A stretch of DNA of 16,461 nt. It comes from Candidatus Fraserbacteria bacterium. GTDB lineage: Bacteria > Bipolaricaulota > Bipolaricaulia > RBG-16-55-9 > JANLFV01. Below are positions 15,282 to 16,461 of this stretch, piece by piece. Each line of letters starts with the position of its first letter. The stretch's first letter is position 1. The stretch lies in contig JBBIJD010000008.1 of assembly GCA_037446135.1 (NCBI GenBank), positions 20,370 through 36,830 on the forward strand. Direction: 5' to 3'. The position numbers and the translations under genes are program-made. Under the pieces are notes generated by a model. The model was not told the DNA's origin and searched no databases. It saw only the letters and a list, made by a program, of their open reading frames with translations.

Positions 15282-15686
15282 ATGGACTGCATCTTCTGCC
15301 GGATCGCCCGCCACGAGGCCCCAGCCTATATCGTCCATGAGGAGGCCCGGACGATCGCCTTCCTCGACATCAACCCCTTAAGCCGCGGCCATACCCTGGT
15401 CATCCCGAAGGAGCACTATCGCGACCTCTTCGAGCTCCCATTGGAGGAGCTCCAGGCTGTAGCCCGCGCGGCCCAGCGGGTCGCAAGGGCGATTATGGTC
15501 GGCCTGGAAGCCGAGGGGCTCAACCTCCTCCAGTCGAACGGCCCGGTCGCCGGCCAAGAGATCCCCCACTTCCACCTCCACCTCATCCCGCGCTACAGTG
15601 GCGATGGCCTCCGCCTCGGCCACCGCGGGGCCTACCAGGAGAAGGACTTCCCCGGGACGGCCCAGAGGATCAGGGAAGCTTTCTAG
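15282..15686 (+). CDS. HIT (histidine triad) family nucleotide hydrolase, Hint-like
   Basis: MDCIFCRI, AFLDINP..RGHTLVIPKEH and AGQEIPHFHLHLIPR motifs; ATG directly follows the upstream TAG. Confidence 0.95.
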   Translation: MDCIFCRIARHEAPAYIVHEEARTIAFLDINPLSRGHTLVIPKEHYRDLFELPLEELQAVARAAQRVARAIMVGLEAEGLNLLQSNGPVAGQEIPHFHLHLIPRYSGDGLRLGHRGAYQEKDFPGTAQRIREAF

Positions 15687-15723
15687 CATATAATCGTGCG
15701 CAAGCCGCGCTGAGCCACTCGGC

Positions 15724-15751
15724 TTGACTCGCTCCCCTGATCGGCTATACT
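15724..15751 (+). promoter_or_regulatory. Sigma70 promoter of cas6
   Basis: TTGACT (15724-15729), 16-nt spacer, TATACT (15746-15751); SD GAGGAG at 15770-15775. Confidence 0.7.
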
Positions 15752-15784
15752 AGCTTTGAGCGAGCAGTTGAGGAGTGAGCGGGG

Positions 15785-16461
15785 ATGAGGATCGCCCTGG
15801 AATTGGCCCCTCTGAATGCAAGGCTCCTCCTCCCATTGCAATACAACAGCGAGGTCCAGGGGCTGATCTACCGGAACCTCGACCGTGCCCTGGCCGCTCA
15901 GGTCCACAATCAAGGGACGCCCCTGGGGAAGCGGCAGTTCAGGTTCTTCACCTTCAGCCGCCTCCTGGGGAAGTATCACATCGATGGCGAGCTCATCGAG
16001 TTCACCGGCCCGGTCCGGCTCTGCATCGGCTCGGTCCATGAGGAGCTCCTGGAATCCCTGGTAGTGCATCTCCTGCGAGAGACCGAGGTCTGCTTAGGGA
16101 AGGAGCGATGCATTGTCCAGAGGATCGAGGTCGAGCCGCTCCCCCAGATCGCCCGGCCGATGAGGGTCCGGGCCATCTCCCCGATCACGGTCTATCGGAC
16201 GCTCTATACCGCTGAGGGCAGGAGGAAGACCTACTATTTCAACCCCTCAGAGGAAGAGTGGGAGGAACTGATCCTGGCGAACCTCCGGAGGAAGGCCCTG
16301 GCCCTGGGCTGGGGGGAGGAGCGACTGGCCTCCCTCGAGGGGGCCGGGATTCGGCCGTTCAGGGTCGGGAAGGCGGACCTGCGGGTCCTCGAATACCGCG
16401 GGACGGTGATCAAGGGCTGGACCGGGATCTTTGAGCTGGACCTCCCCGAGCCGTTCTTCCT
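15785..16461 (+). CDS. cas6: CRISPR-associated endoribonuclease Cas6; 3' end outside window
   Basis: Not in the ORF track (no stop in window). Manual translation: MRIALELAPLNARLLLPLQYNSEVQGLIYRNLDRALAAQVHNQGTPLGKRQFRFFTFSRLLG...AISPITVYRTL...KTYYFNPSEEEWEELILANLRRK...VIKGWTGIFEL. LP..YN...QG.IY, H..G, F..FTFSRL and SPI.VY are typical of Cas6 from type I-B/III systems. Confidence 0.9.
   Translation, partial: MRIALELAPLNARLLLPLQYNSEVQGLIYRNLDRALAAQVHNQGTPLGKRQFRFFTFSRLLGKYHIDGELIEFTGPVRLCIGSVHEELLESLVVHLLRETEVCLGKERCIVQRIEVEPLPQIARPMRVRAISPITVYRTLYTAEGRRKTYYFNPSEEEWEELILANLRRKALALGWGEERLASLEGAGIRPFRVGKADLRVLEYRGTVIKGWTGIFELDLPEPFF

Noticed and set aside
15687..15784. CRISPR array next to cas6
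   Set aside because: No regularly spaced direct repeats here or elsewhere in the window.

Overview
GC-rich bacterial chromosomal region of mostly housekeeping genes. Minus strand, read right to left: rnpA, greA, lysS, two GT4 glycolipid-type glycosyltransferases, and a two-gene system of a double CoA-activase plus reductase-like domains (PlsA/PlsR or Ger-like, ether/plasmalogen lipid type) that runs off the left edge. Plus strand: uppP; then mtaD, rpsO, pnp (with two S1 domains), an M16 peptidase and a HIT protein; then cas6 with its own promoter, cut by the right edge. The most unusual part is the ~460-bp uppP-mtaD intergenic region. There a near-consensus sigma70 promoter drives a c-di-GMP-I riboswitch with no credible protein gene behind it. 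It is followed by ~270 nt of highly structured sequence with two loop-displayed anti-Shine-Dalgarno motifs and a tRNA-Val(UAC)-like cloverleaf with an oversized variable arm. All calls were made by eye from translation and base pairing; no searches were run.
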